DNA of 64,000 bases, taken from the NCBI GenBank assembly GCA_040255465.1, contig JBDZVA010000002.1:418274-482273 (forward strand), written 5' to 3'. The first letter of the stretch is position 1. The number at the start of each line of letters is the position of its first letter. The stretch comes from Planctomycetaceae bacterium (GTDB taxonomy: Bacteria > Planctomycetota > Phycisphaerae > Phycisphaerales > UBA5793). Both the position numbers and the translations under genes were made by a program. Under the pieces are notes generated by a model, which did not search any database, had not been told where the DNA came from, and saw only the letters and a list, made by a program, of their open reading frames with translations. Shown in pieces: positions 22,692 through 32,625 of this stretch.

Positions 22692-24047
22692 TCAGTTGCT
22701 GATTGCGACGGCGCCCGGCTTTGGTGACGCTGGCCGACGGGTCGCGCGGCCATCGCGGTCGAGCACGATTTGCCCTCCGACGAGTGCCATCACGGCCCGG
22801 CCGCGCACTTCCCAGCCTTCAAATGGCGTATTGCGCGACTTGCCGGGGAAGTCCGCGGATCGAATCGTCCACCTTACATCGGGATCGATGATGGTCACAT
22901 CGGCTGGTGAACCGATGGTCAGCGAGCCGAGCCCGTGCGAAGGACCGTCCAGATTGCACAGTTGCGCCGGGTTGATGGTCATCAACTTGATGAGTCGCGG
23001 CCAGTCGATTGTGTGTGTGTCGATGAGCGCCTTGATATAGAGCGCCAGGGCTGATTCGAGACCCACGATGCCAAACGGAGCGCGATCGAAGGGAAGGGCT
23101 TTGCGCTCGGCGGTATGCGGCGCATGATCGGTGGCGAGAATTGTGATCGTCCCATCCGCCACTCCGGCGCGAACCGCTTCGATGTCTGCCTCGCGGCGCA
23201 GCGGTGGATTCATCTTCGCCATCGTGTCATAGCCATCACATGCTTCATCAGTGAGCAGCAAATGGTGGGGCGATGCTTCGGCTGACACGGGCTGCCCCTC
23301 GGCGCGGGCCCGGCGAACGATCTCGACCGCACCGGCGCACGACAGGTGCTGAACGTGATAGCGACAACCAATGCTCCGATTGAGCCGAATGTCGCGCTCG
23401 ATGATGAGTTCTTCGGCCACGCTGGGCCAGCCGATCAGGCCGAGCCGCGTCGCGGTGGGCCCGGCGTTCATCACAGCGCCGCGCGTCAATGTGGGTTCCT
23501 GGCAGTGCTGCATGAGCGCCAGACCCGTGAGGCGAATCTGCGAGAGGGCCCGGCGCATCATCGCGGGCGATTCCACGACGTCACCATCATCACTGAACCC
23601 AACGGCGCCGGCGCGCGACATCAATCGAATCTCGGCCAACTCCTCGCCCTGTCGGCCAACGGTAACCGCTCCAACGGCAAACACCCTGCAACGGCCATGC
23701 AACTGCGCCTGGCGGTTGATGAATTCGATCATGACCCGGCTGTCCAGCGCGGGATTCGTATTGGGCATGCAGCAAAGCGTCGTGAAGCCGCCTTCGACCC
23801 CGGCGGCTGATCCCGTCGCAATCGTTTCCGCGTCCTCGGAACCAGGTTCGCGGAGGTGCACATGCGGATCAATGAGGCCGGGCGACACGATGCAGCCGGA
23901 GGCGTCGAGGCGCTCATCATCGGCCGTTGGCGAAAGCGGGGGGCCCACGTGGGTGACACGGCCGGACTCAATCACGACATCAGCTACACCATCCACGCCG
24001 TTGGCGGGATCGATCACGCGGCCGGCAGAGATGACAGTGCGACTCAC
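22692..24047 (-). CDS. pyrC: Dihydroorotase
   Basis: PGLIDPHVHLREPG, GGFTT..CMPNT.P, FSDDG, SPHHL, KMNPPLR, ATDHAPH, SRNTPF. Confidence 0.93.
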   Translation of the reverse strand: MSRTVISAGRVIDPANGVDGVADVVIESGRVTHVGPPLSPTADDERLDASGCIVSPGLIDPHVHLREPGSEDAETIATGSAAGVEGGFTTLCCMPNTNPALDSRVMIEFINRQAQLHGRCRVFAVGAVTVGRQGEELAEIRLMSRAGAVGFSDDGDVVESPAMMRRALSQIRLTGLALMQHCQEPTLTRGAVMNAGPTATRLGLIGWPSVAEELIIERDIRLNRSIGCRYHVQHLSCAGAVEIVRRARAEGQPVSAEASPHHLLLTDEACDGYDTMAKMNPPLRREADIEAVRAGVADGTITILATDHAPHTAERKALPFDRAPFGIVGLESALALYIKALIDTHTIDWPRLIKLMTINPAQLCNLDGPSHGLGSLTIGSPADVTIIDPDVRWTIRSADFPGKSRNTPFEGWEVRGRAVMALVGGQIVLDRDGRATRRPASPKPGAVAISN

Positions 24048-24100
24048 GGGTGGTGCGGCTCCTCTGGATTGACGGGATCATAGGACGGTGGCGGCAGGGA

Positions 24101-25150
24101 TCAGTTGGGTTGTTCGAGCAACTCCCTGCACGCGACGAGAACGGTCTCCAGGCCGATTTCACTCATCGGTTTGCCACCGGTGCTGATTTGCTTCTCGCGA
24201 TCATACTCAATCTGGGCCCAACGTGGGTCTGTGGGGCCAAAGAGCGAGACGATGCCGAGCGTCGACCTCGCATTGCCCGCCCATGGGGCTGATGCTGCTG
24301 CAATGTGGCGCGTGCCGGTGTCGTTGGTCACCAGCAGGCGCGCCTGCGAGGTGATGTGCTTGAGCGTGCCGAGCGTCACGCCAAGTTCGACCAGGTTGGC
24401 CGGGGTGGTTGCCGCGCTTTGGCACACTTCGTCGATGACCAGTCGCTCTGCCGGCGAGCCATTGATGAGCACCCTCAAACCGCTGCGGGTAGCGAGATCA
24501 TCGGCCAGTGCGGCGAAGCGCTCAGTCGGCCAGCGCTTCTCCGGTTTGCTCGCGCCCGGATTGAGGATCGCAAACGCGCTGCCCTCTTCTATGCCGGCTT
24601 GTCGGAGGATGGTCGTTGCCGCCTCTCGCTGCGTCGGTGATGCACAGACTTGCATGCGCCGGCCAACAGCGGGGATGCCGGTCGCGGTTGCGATCGCGAG
24701 GTAGTAATCGATGGCCGAAATCGGTTGCTTCCAGCCTCCGGTCGCGGGGCAGGGCAGGCGGTGCGTGAGCATCCAGCCGCGTCCGTTGCGGTGATAGCCG
24801 ATACGGCTGGGGATGCGAGCGAATCGGATGGTGGCGGCTAATCGCCAACTGTTGGGCAACAGAATGGCCGCGTCAAATCGGCCGGAGGCCAGTCTGTTTC
24901 CTTCCTTCCATGGACCAAGCGGGCCGGCCGGTCTGCCGACGATCATGTCATCGAGCAGATCGCAGCCATCGAGCAGTTGATCAAGGCCCGGTCGCATGTA
25001 GCCGGTGAAGTGCACACCGCGCAGGCGTTCGTCGCCGCGCAGCGAACTCAGAAACGGCGTGGCCATCGTTGCATCGCCCACCCACGACGGCAGCACGATG
25101 AGCAGGCGCCTGATCGAATCCCAGTCGACTGAGTGCACGCTGCGACTCAT
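24101..25150 (-). CDS. waaF: LPS heptosyltransferase II-like (GT9)
   Basis: PSWVGDATMATP, LLPNSW, NPGAS..KRWP, TNDTGTRHIAAA, LFGPT. Confidence 0.8.
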   Translation of the reverse strand: MSRSVHSVDWDSIRRLLIVLPSWVGDATMATPFLSSLRGDERLRGVHFTGYMRPGLDQLLDGCDLLDDMIVGRPAGPLGPWKEGNRLASGRFDAAILLPNSWRLAATIRFARIPSRIGYHRNGRGWMLTHRLPCPATGGWKQPISAIDYYLAIATATGIPAVGRRMQVCASPTQREAATTILRQAGIEEGSAFAILNPGASKPEKRWPTERFAALADDLATRSGLRVLINGSPAERLVIDEVCQSAATTPANLVELGVTLGTLKHITSQARLLVTNDTGTRHIAAASAPWAGNARSTLGIVSLFGPTDPRWAQIEYDREKQISTGGKPMSEIGLETVLVACRELLEQPN

Positions 25151-25473
25151 GTGTGCGGTTCACCCCAGAGCGTTTCCACGCCAAACTTGTGGCGGTACCA
25201 GCTGGTTGTAAGGCGGCGAAGTTCAGCGGCAAACCCGATGGCGACGATACGATCAGCAGCGATGGTGGCGGTAATGCTCGATTCATCAGCTTCCACCTCG
25301 ATGAGGCGCACTCCCTGGCGCTCGGCGAGCGCTTCGGCGGTGGCGACCACCATCGTACGAATGTTCTCGTGCTGGAGTGGTGTGCCCTCCAGCGCTCGCA
25401 AGGTCACGCGGGTTGTGGGAGTGGCGGTCATGAGCATGGGCGGCCGCAGCGGCCGATTCGGGGCGGCATTCAC
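25147..25473 (-). CDS. Small protein, probable inactive IS200/Y1-transposase-like fold
   Basis: Overlaps both neighbours by 4 bp; pattern resembles the TnpA core by eye but lacks HUH. Confidence 0.55.
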   Translation of the reverse strand: MNAAPNRPLRPPMLMTATPTTRVTLRALEGTPLQHENIRTMVVATAEALAERQGVRLIEVEADESSITATIAADRIVAIGFAAELRRLTTSWYRHKFGVETLWGEPHT

Positions 25474-26669
25474 CGTCGAAGGTTGAGCAGGACAAACGCG
25501 ATGACACTCAACTGCGCCACGATCGTCGCGCCAATCCAGGGCGTGGCGATCGTGGGCTCGAGGTAGACGCCCAGCAGCACTGCGAGAATCACAAGCGCGA
25601 TCGACGCCAGCGAGCCGAGCATCATTGGCGGAGTGAATTCGCGTTGGCTGTGTCGCCAGGATCGAAGTTCGCCGAGCACCTCGGTCAGCAGGCGGTCGGA
25701 AGTGGATTGACCCGAGTCTCGATCGGCGGACGGCCGCTCGACGCCCTGCACGCGGACGGGAATGTGGCGGAATGGGTCGCGGCGCGGGACCGAGGGGGCG
25801 GGGACGCCGGGTTGGGTGGACTCGATGTCCACCTCCTCGACATCCGCGTCCCTCGGGGCACTCGGCTCCTCGAATGCGTCGTCCTCTACCGCCACTTCGA
25901 CTTCTTCCTCCCTCACTTGGGTGACGGGTTCCTCTCGAAGCGTTGGTTGTGGCTCAACGGCGCGCCTCATCGGCGCGGCTTCCGCGATTACTCGCTCGAC
26001 GGGCTCCTCGGCGGTCACGACCGTGACTTGCGATTCTGCAACCAGCGCGGGCGGGGACTTGACCTCCGGCGCTACTTTCGGTGAAACAACAACGGTCGGC
26101 GCCGGAGGGATGACCTGGCGCGGCCGAACTCGATTCTGGGCGATGATGGCCGCCGCCTCCGCCAGTGACCCGGCCTGGAAGTCGGCTTTCGTGTTCATGC
26201 TCGTCTTGCGGGTAATCAGAATCGTCTGGCAACCGGCGGTCTGTCCCGCTTCGATATCACGCTCGTGATCGCCGACCATCCAGCACTCGCTGAGTTCCAG
26301 GTCGAGGCTTCGGGCGGCTTCGAGCAGCATCCCGGGCTGGGGCTTGCGCCAAGGGTGTTCTTTGGTGTATTCCTCGACGGTGCCGTCCGGATGGAATGGG
26401 CAATAGTAGAAACGGTCGATGATCGCTCCGGCTGAGTCGTGCACCATCTGGGCGATGCGTTCATGCACGGCATCGACATCGCGTTCGGTGTATCGGCCGC
26501 GCGCCACTCCGCCCTGGTTGCTCACGACGATGATGCGGTAGCCCAGTTGCCGAAGCGAACCGATGGCGTGGGCGGCCCCGCGAATGAGCCGCACGTCCTC
26601 AGGGTTGCCGAGGTCCCCGTCGTTCTGGATGATCGTGTTATCACGATCGAGGAAGATCGCCCGTTTCAC
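25470..26669 (-). CDS. gmhB: D,D-heptose 1,7-bisphosphate phosphatase with long C-terminal extension and two TM helices
   Basis: AIFLDRDNTI, VVSNQGGVARG, YYCPFHP, RKPQPGML, MVGD..DIEAG; Pro/Glu-rich linker; two terminal hydrophobic helices. Confidence 0.85.
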   Translation of the reverse strand: MKRAIFLDRDNTIIQNDGDLGNPEDVRLIRGAAHAIGSLRQLGYRIIVVSNQGGVARGRYTERDVDAVHERIAQMVHDSAGAIIDRFYYCPFHPDGTVEEYTKEHPWRKPQPGMLLEAARSLDLELSECWMVGDHERDIEAGQTAGCQTILITRKTSMNTKADFQAGSLAEAAAIIAQNRVRPRQVIPPAPTVVVSPKVAPEVKSPPALVAESQVTVVTAEEPVERVIAEAAPMRRAVEPQPTLREEPVTQVREEEVEVAVEDDAFEEPSAPRDADVEEVDIESTQPGVPAPSVPRRDPFRHIPVRVQGVERPSADRDSGQSTSDRLLTEVLGELRSWRHSQREFTPPMMLGSLASIALVILAVLLGVYLEPTIATPWIGATIVAQLSVIAFVLLNLRR

Positions 26670-26723
26670 GCGGTAAGTGTAGGAGCCGCAATGACGTTGT
26701 GGGACTGAAGCGGGGCGGGGCGA

Positions 26724-27710
26724 TCAGCGCTGTTCCGGTTGATTGATGGAGTTGGGGGGGCGCTCACCCCGGAGCACGGAAAGGATGTTGCGCTGGGCCA
26801 TGCGAGCCATTTCGGGACGGGCGCTTCGGGACGCGCTGCCCACGTGCGGCATCAGGCAGGTGTTGGGCAGTTCGGTGAGATCTGCCGCCTGCCTCGGCTC
26901 GTCTTCGTACACGTCCAGACCCGCGCCGGCAATCTCACCCGAGCGCAATGCTTCGACCAGCGCGTTTTCATCGACGACCGGGCCTCGCGCCGTGTTGATC
27001 AAATAGGCTGTCGGCTTCATCAGCGCCAGTTCGCGTCGGCCGATGAGGTGGCGCGTCTCGGGCGTGAGCGGGGTGTGCAGCGACACGTGGTCTGCCTCGC
27101 GCAATCCGGTCTCAAGATCGACGCGCTGTGCTTTGAACGGGGCCGATTCGAAATCCGGATGCACTTTGCGGGCCACGTAAAGCACCCTCATGCCCCAGCC
27201 GAGCGAGCGCATGGCTGTGGCGTATCCGATGCGACCTGCGCCGACGATCAGCAGCGTTCGGCCCTCAAAGTCGCCGCCGATGAGATGCCGTGGGTCGTAG
27301 CCCTTGCGCTGGCTGAACTCACCGCTTCGCACTTCGTGCTCACCTTCGTGCACGCGGCGGGCGACGGCCAGCATGAGCGCCCAGGCCATGTCAGCGGTGG
27401 GGGCGGTTACGGCATCGGGCGTGTTGGTGAGCCAGATTCCCCGCCGAGTTGCCTCAGCTACATCCATGTTGTCAAAACCGACGGCGTAGTTTGCCACCAC
27501 CTTGAGGTTTGTCCCGGCGGCATCGAGCAACTCAGCATTCACGGCCTCGTTGAACTGCGCGAGGATTGCGCTGGCACCGTCCACGCGCTCAAGCAACTCA
27601 GCGCGGCTCGGACCGATGCCCGGCGGCGCCACCCAGAGATCAGTGATCGACTTCTCCGCTTCGAGCAATCCCAGCCCACCGGCCAGCGTTCGCGTGACGA
27701 CAACTTTCAC
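26724..27710 (-). CDS. Glyoxylate/hydroxypyruvate reductase (D-glycerate dehydrogenase family)
   Basis: ANYAVGFDN, TNTPDAVT, GAGRIG, INTARGPVVDE, GLDVYEDEP, PHVGSA. Confidence 0.88.
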   Translation of the reverse strand: MKVVVTRTLAGGLGLLEAEKSITDLWVAPPGIGPSRAELLERVDGASAILAQFNEAVNAELLDAAGTNLKVVANYAVGFDNMDVAEATRRGIWLTNTPDAVTAPTADMAWALMLAVARRVHEGEHEVRSGEFSQRKGYDPRHLIGGDFEGRTLLIVGAGRIGYATAMRSLGWGMRVLYVARKVHPDFESAPFKAQRVDLETGLREADHVSLHTPLTPETRHLIGRRELALMKPTAYLINTARGPVVDENALVEALRSGEIAGAGLDVYEDEPRQAADLTELPNTCLMPHVGSASRSARPEMARMAQRNILSVLRGERPPNSINQPEQR

Positions 27711-28378
27711 GAAAGGTCTCCCAGCGCCTGTCGGCGCATCTGTTCGAGGACGGCTCTGGCCTGCTCTTGGTCTTCAATTCGCTCGGGTGCATCGATGCGG
27801 ATGATTCCCGCCTTGGCCCGAATGTCAAAGCCGGTGGGATCGACGCCCACGAGCAAGGCCTCATCGATCTCCACGCTATTGAACCGGAGGCTCATCGCCA
27901 TGAGGTCCGGACGGTGGTCAGTGTTCATCCACTTGCACAGCGCCGGCTCGACTGGCGCCAGCGGGTTGGACTGCATGAGATCTTCGCCCTCGAAGACATG
28001 GGTCCGCCATTTGCCGGCATCTACCAGCAGGCGATAGAAAGCCGGATCGTTTGATTTGCCGTGGTAGATGCGCCAGCGGTCAGCATCGGCGGATTCGCCG
28101 CTTTCGGCTTCGACGGTGACCAGCAGTTCGAGCACGTCGGGGACATCTGCGGGGACGAAGAGAACGGTCTGCTCGGCCGTGAGGAACCCGGCCGGGCCGG
28201 AGGTGACGGGCGCTCCGTCGGCTCCGAGCACGTAGCGGATGTTCGTGTAGACCCCGTCACACTCCAGCACGCCAGCGGTGTGCCGCCTGAGAAAGTCGCG
28301 TGCGGCGGTTGCCGTATGGTCCTGCTGGGTGTCACCGCTGTGCATGGTCGATTGTGGCCCGAAGTGTGGTGAATTCAA
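27707..28378 (-). CDS. HugZ-like split-barrel protein with DUF2470-like C-terminus
   Basis: C-terminal LCKWMNTDH..L..LVGVDPTGFDIR; start codon uncertain. Confidence 0.6.
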   Translation of the reverse strand: MNSPHFGPQSTMHSGDTQQDHTATAARDFLRRHTAGVLECDGVYTNIRYVLGADGAPVTSGPAGFLTAEQTVLFVPADVPDVLELLVTVEAESGESADADRWRIYHGKSNDPAFYRLLVDAGKWRTHVFEGEDLMQSNPLAPVEPALCKWMNTDHRPDLMAMSLRFNSVEIDEALLVGVDPTGFDIRAKAGIIRIDAPERIEDQEQARAVLEQMRRQALGDLS

Positions 28379-28457
28379 GGCGGATCGCGGCGAAGGTGTG
28401 CAGAACGGCTATCGTTGTGTCGATCATCGGTTCGTTTTTGCAGCGTAGGAAAACTCT

Positions 28458-28706
28458 GTGCCAACCCTCCGAGTCATCCTCTTTGCCGCGGCTGCGGATG
28501 CCGTGGGAGCTTCAAACATCGAAATTGAGGCGGATGAGGGTGTTCAGGTCGGCGAATTGCTTGACCGGTTGACAGCCGCGCATCCGTCCGCCGAGGCTGT
28601 TCTGAAGCGGGCCGCTGTTGCGGTGAACGAGCGCTACGCGCACCCGTCGATGGTCCTCTGCCAGAGCGACACCATCGCAATCATCCCACCGGTCAGCGGC
28701 GGCTAA
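28458..28706 (+). CDS. moaD: Molybdopterin synthase sulfur carrier
   Basis: LFAAAADAVG, VAVNERY, IAIIPPVSGG C-terminus. Confidence 0.9.
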   Translation: MPTLRVILFAAAADAVGASNIEIEADEGVQVGELLDRLTAAHPSAEAVLKRAAVAVNERYAHPSMVLCQSDTIAIIPPVSGG

Positions 28707-28716
28707 TGCCACGTGA

Positions 28717-29763
28717 TCAGAGCGGGGGACTGATCGCCTTCTTCAGCAGCTCGCGTGGCTCATCGGGATACATCTGCGCAACGAATTCGCCATAACCGTT
28801 GAAGATCGCGGTGTCGATGCGCGTGTCGGGATCATCGAGCAGCGTTTCCGTCGCCTGGCTCCAGCGCGGGTGCGGCGAATTGGGATTGACATTTGAGAAG
28901 AAGCCGTACTCGTTGGGCTCAGACTGATGCCAGAATGTCTCGGGTTGTTCGCGAAGCAACTCGATCTTGACGATGCTCTTGGGGTTCTTGTAGCCGTACT
29001 TCCACGGACAGATGATGCGCACGGGCGAGCCGTGCTGCTTGAGCAGGGGCTCGCCGTACACGCCGGTGACGACCATCGCCAGTTCGTTCATGGCTTCATC
29101 CATCCGAAGTCCCTCAAAGTAAGGCCACGGATACCAGCCGGATTGACGCATGCCCGGCATTTCTTTTGGACGATTGGCCGAGGTGAAGCGAACATACTTC
29201 GCGTGCGAAGTTGGCTCGACCAGAGCCAGCAGTTTGCTCAGTTGGAATCCGGTCCACGGCACCACCATGGCCCATGTTTCAACACAGCGAAACCTGTAGA
29301 CGCGCTCCTCGTGCTCAAGCCTGAACAAATCATCGAGATCGAATGTGCGCGGCTTGGCGCACTCGCCGGTCACCTCAACCGCCCAGGGGGTCACCTTGAA
29401 ATCATCAACATACTTGAAGACCGGTCCCGCCTGACCTCCGATGAACTCGTAGAAGTTGTTCTGCCTCGCAGCCTTGAGACGCGTGGTGATGGCCCGGCCG
29501 GGCTCGAAACCCGGATTGCGAACCGCCGGGAAAACGTCCGGCCGCTGGAACGGAACCTTGATCGGATTCTCGAGCAGGCTCGCGGCGCCGTCGACGGCCT
29601 TCATGGTGTCGAGTTTGCCGCGACGCTGGGCTTCGACAAGCGCGATGCCGCCGGCTCCCGCTGCGATCGTTCCCAGACCGAGTTTGGCCAGGAACGACCG
29701 CCGACACATGAAGATCTTCGGATCGGTTGGTTTCTCGTGCGGCAGTTCGTCGCGGATTGACAT
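28717..29763 (-). CDS. msrP: Protein-methionine-sulfoxide reductase catalytic subunit (Tat, Moco)
   Basis: Tat RRSFL; NNFYEF, EERVYRFRCVETW, WPYFEGLRMDEAMN, PWKYGYK..KSIVKI, EYGFFSNVNP..HPRWSQATE. Confidence 0.93.
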   Translation of the reverse strand: MSIRDELPHEKPTDPKIFMCRRSFLAKLGLGTIAAGAGGIALVEAQRRGKLDTMKAVDGAASLLENPIKVPFQRPDVFPAVRNPGFEPGRAITTRLKAARQNNFYEFIGGQAGPVFKYVDDFKVTPWAVEVTGECAKPRTFDLDDLFRLEHEERVYRFRCVETWAMVVPWTGFQLSKLLALVEPTSHAKYVRFTSANRPKEMPGMRQSGWYPWPYFEGLRMDEAMNELAMVVTGVYGEPLLKQHGSPVRIICPWKYGYKNPKSIVKIELLREQPETFWHQSEPNEYGFFSNVNPNSPHPRWSQATETLLDDPDTRIDTAIFNGYGEFVAQMYPDEPRELLKKAISPPL

Positions 29764-29918
29764 GACCACACCCCCAGAACGCTCTCTCCGTTGCCCACGA
29801 CCGACGCGCAATCACTCATTCTGCCCTTGACGCATTGTAACAAATCGGGAGAAGACGGGCGGGCAAAACCGAACCAATGCCGAAACTTCTCCACTACAAT
29901 CTGCCTCGACGGGGCTCC

Positions 29919-30290
29919 ATGACGCAGGAATCGACATCCATCAAGTTGTACTACGACGGGCAATGCGGCGTCTGTCGAGCCGGAGTACGGCGATTGCGCC
30001 GACTCGACTGGCTCGGGCGCCTCGACGCGGTCGACTACAATGCGCTGCCGCCCGATGATCGCCCCGTTGAAGAATCGATCTTCGCGCGTGGAATGCCGCT
30101 GCACACGCGTGATGGGCGACTGCTCGTCGGGTTTCCGGCGGTTCGCCACGCGCTTATTCACACGCCGGTTGGGCTGCTGGTGGGCTGGGTTCTGTATGTA
30201 CCGGGCTTCAGTCAAGTTGGACGATGGGCGTACGATGCATTCGCCCGACGTCGCAGGCGTGATGGCAGTTCGCCGGCGTGTCGCATCTGA
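29919..30290 (+). CDS. DCC1-like thiol-disulfide oxidoreductase (DUF393)
   Basis: LYYDGQCGVC, G..AV, Y..FARRR. Confidence 0.85.
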   Translation: MTQESTSIKLYYDGQCGVCRAGVRRLRRLDWLGRLDAVDYNALPPDDRPVEESIFARGMPLHTRDGRLLVGFPAVRHALIHTPVGLLVGWVLYVPGFSQVGRWAYDAFARRRRRDGSSPACRI

Positions 30291-30318
30291 TCGTTGTGCT
30301 CGTGGCGGACCGGCCGGG

Positions 30319-31926
30319 CTACTCTCGGGAATCGCGCTTCCAGGAAATGGAGATGCCCGTCTCGGTGCGTTCCGGCGTGCGTTGAGTGACGCGCCAGCGG
30401 ATATCGGATACGGCCGAGAGTAGTTCACCCAGAGCGGCCAGCTCCGCAAGGCCCTTGCTTTCTGCCGCCGCGTTTACCGCCGGCCACTGCTTGAGCAGTT
30501 CCGCCAATCGACTTCCGACGATCATGCCACGCGCCTGCGTCGACGAACTCTTTCGGCACTGGGGTGCAACGGACTGGAGCTTGCCAGCGATGCGGCGTTG
30601 ACAATCTTCATCGGTCGAAGCCACCCACCAGGTGCGGTCGTCACTGTGCACACTTGACCACACCACGCGCTCGGGCCATGTGCCGGATAAGCCGAGCTGC
30701 TCCAATTGCAATCCGGCACCGCGCCACTCTGCCACGCGCACGGCATTCGGCGACTCTCCCGTGAAGGAAACCGCGGGAGGCTGCGTCAGCGCGGCACGCT
30801 GCCGACGCGACTCGGACAGTCGCATTGTGGCACGCCCCATGAATTCATCGAGTTCCCCGACGGCGTCCGCCGGCTCGCGAAGCTCGATTCCGACGGTCAT
30901 CGCAGGAATGCCCGCGCCCGAAGATCCGGACGATTCGGGCATTTCGATCACGGTGAACATGGTGGGACCGAGGTGGTTGAGCAGGGATGGCTTGGCTCGC
31001 GCGATCGGGACCAGCACCAGCGGGCCGGGGCCAAAGCGGTTTTCGCAAGCCGGATCATCGGCCTCGGGCGTTCGCTCAATGCCGACATAAATGGCGTCTT
31101 CCGCGAGCGTGCTGAGCAATCCGAGATTGATGGCATCGCCTCGGTCGCGATCGCCGCCTCGCGCTGTGTGTTTCGAGGCGAAGTTGAGGGACAAGCGATC
31201 AGAGTGAACTCTTGCGGAGCCGGCCTGCCAATGACCGTTGGCCGATCCCCGCTTGAACATTCCGAAGTCGCCCGGACCGACGCCGCGAGCTTCTCGAAAC
31301 CCGACATCGTCTGCGAGCGCCGCGCCCATCGACCTGGCCAGCATTGATCGCAACAGCGCTTCGCCTTTGGACGCCGTCAGATAGAACCGCCCGTCCAGAT
31401 AGGCAAAGCGAAGCTCGCCGCTTCCCGCGACATAGAGCGGCGTGTCATCGACGAATTCGCGCACGCGCCCGTCAAGGATTCTGAGAAGGTCTTTGGCAAA
31501 AGGTTCATCCACTTTCGCCATGAGCACCCAACGGCTGAAATCCAGTGCTTCGTCGCGCCTGTCGCGCCGCTCCTGGTCCTGGTCCGTCACCAGCGTCACG
31601 CGCCGGCTCACCAGCATGTCGAAGAGTTTGGAAGACTCGACTCCGGTTGCAGCCGCCAGATCGCGCCAGGACTCTCCGCTCTGGCACTTCTCGTAGAAGG
31701 CTTTGAGCCCGGGCGCGAGCGAGGAACCCATCAATTCCCTCAGGCTCTCGCCCGCTTCGACGAAGCAGAAATACTGCGTCACTGTCGACGGCACATATCT
31801 CGCGTCCTCAAACGGATCCGGGTATGCCTCGCCCCCCCGGGCCAATGGCGCGACGCAAACAACGGCCAGCAACATGATCGCTGCAAGCGACGCCGCGCAT
31901 AGACGAAATGGGCGAAGTCGGCTCAC
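30319..31926 (-). CDS. Secreted hypothetical protein (third gene of ECF module)
   Basis: Signal peptide; 535 aa; 3 bp downstream of the anti-sigma candidate. Confidence 0.65.
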   Translation of the reverse strand: MSRLRPFRLCAASLAAIMLLAVVCVAPLARGGEAYPDPFEDARYVPSTVTQYFCFVEAGESLRELMGSSLAPGLKAFYEKCQSGESWRDLAAATGVESSKLFDMLVSRRVTLVTDQDQERRDRRDEALDFSRWVLMAKVDEPFAKDLLRILDGRVREFVDDTPLYVAGSGELRFAYLDGRFYLTASKGEALLRSMLARSMGAALADDVGFREARGVGPGDFGMFKRGSANGHWQAGSARVHSDRLSLNFASKHTARGGDRDRGDAINLGLLSTLAEDAIYVGIERTPEADDPACENRFGPGPLVLVPIARAKPSLLNHLGPTMFTVIEMPESSGSSGAGIPAMTVGIELREPADAVGELDEFMGRATMRLSESRRQRAALTQPPAVSFTGESPNAVRVAEWRGAGLQLEQLGLSGTWPERVVWSSVHSDDRTWWVASTDEDCQRRIAGKLQSVAPQCRKSSSTQARGMIVGSRLAELLKQWPAVNAAAESKGLAELAALGELLSAVSDIRWRVTQRTPERTETGISISWKRDSRE

Positions 31927-31929
31927 GGT

Positions 31930-32625
31930 TTAGACAATCCCCAGATCCTTGTAGATCGCTTTGAGGCTCTCGACATCAATCTCATCATCAAACACGCCTT
32001 CCAGATCGATGGCGGGCGGGTTGCCCTGCTTGAGCAACGCCCGTTTCGGCGCCGGGAGGGTCGTGGTGGGGGCGGGTAAAGGCGCCGGGACGAAAGCGGG
32101 GGCGGTCGAAGGTGGGAGCGAATCGGGATCTGCGAGCGTGGTTCCAACTTCGAGCATGAGGCCGCGCATGCGATCAAACGGGTCCATCTGGATGGGCAAC
32201 GACTCGATCACGCGTTCGAATCGATGGGCCGTCTCGACGGGCTGACTGCCGCCCACGCCGACGAGCGATGATCGCGCCCACATTCCGACAACAAACGCGA
32301 AGGCCAGCACGGCGGCGGTCGAGAGACGTCGAGTCAGCAGCGTGAACCGATGCTGGCGCCGGTTGAAGCGAGTGGGATCAAGTCCGAGTCGGTTGAGAAT
32401 GCAGATCGTCTGGTCCGGCGTGGGCGTGGAGTGGCGCACCTCATCGATCCATTCTTGATCGCGCGCCAGTTCATCGAGCACCGAAGCATCGCGCAGCACT
32501 TCGTTGAGCATGTCCTTCGCCGGCCGTCCTTTGCCGCGCGCATCGAAATAGGCGTCGACCGCCGGCGGCGACGAGGCGTCACGCCGAGGTTGGTCATCGC
32601 GATGTCGTCTGGTCGACTTGCTCAT
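31930..32625 (-). CDS. Putative membrane anti-sigma factor
   Basis: Overlaps the ECF sigma stop; VDAYFD motif; single TM AAVLAFAFVVGMW. Confidence 0.6.
   Translation of the reverse strand: MSKSTRRHRDDQPRRDASSPPAVDAYFDARGKGRPAKDMLNEVLRDASVLDELARDQEWIDEVRHSTPTPDQTICILNRLGLDPTRFNRRQHRFTLLTRRLSTAAVLAFAFVVGMWARSSLVGVGGSQPVETAHRFERVIESLPIQMDPFDRMRGLMLEVGTTLADPDSLPPSTAPAFVPAPLPAPTTTLPAPKRALLKQGNPPAIDLEGVFDDEIDVESLKAIYKDLGIV

Noticed and set aside
25147-25473. Active IS200/IS605 element
   Set aside because: No HUH motif, catalytic Tyr, tnpB or terminal hairpins; embedded in an operon.
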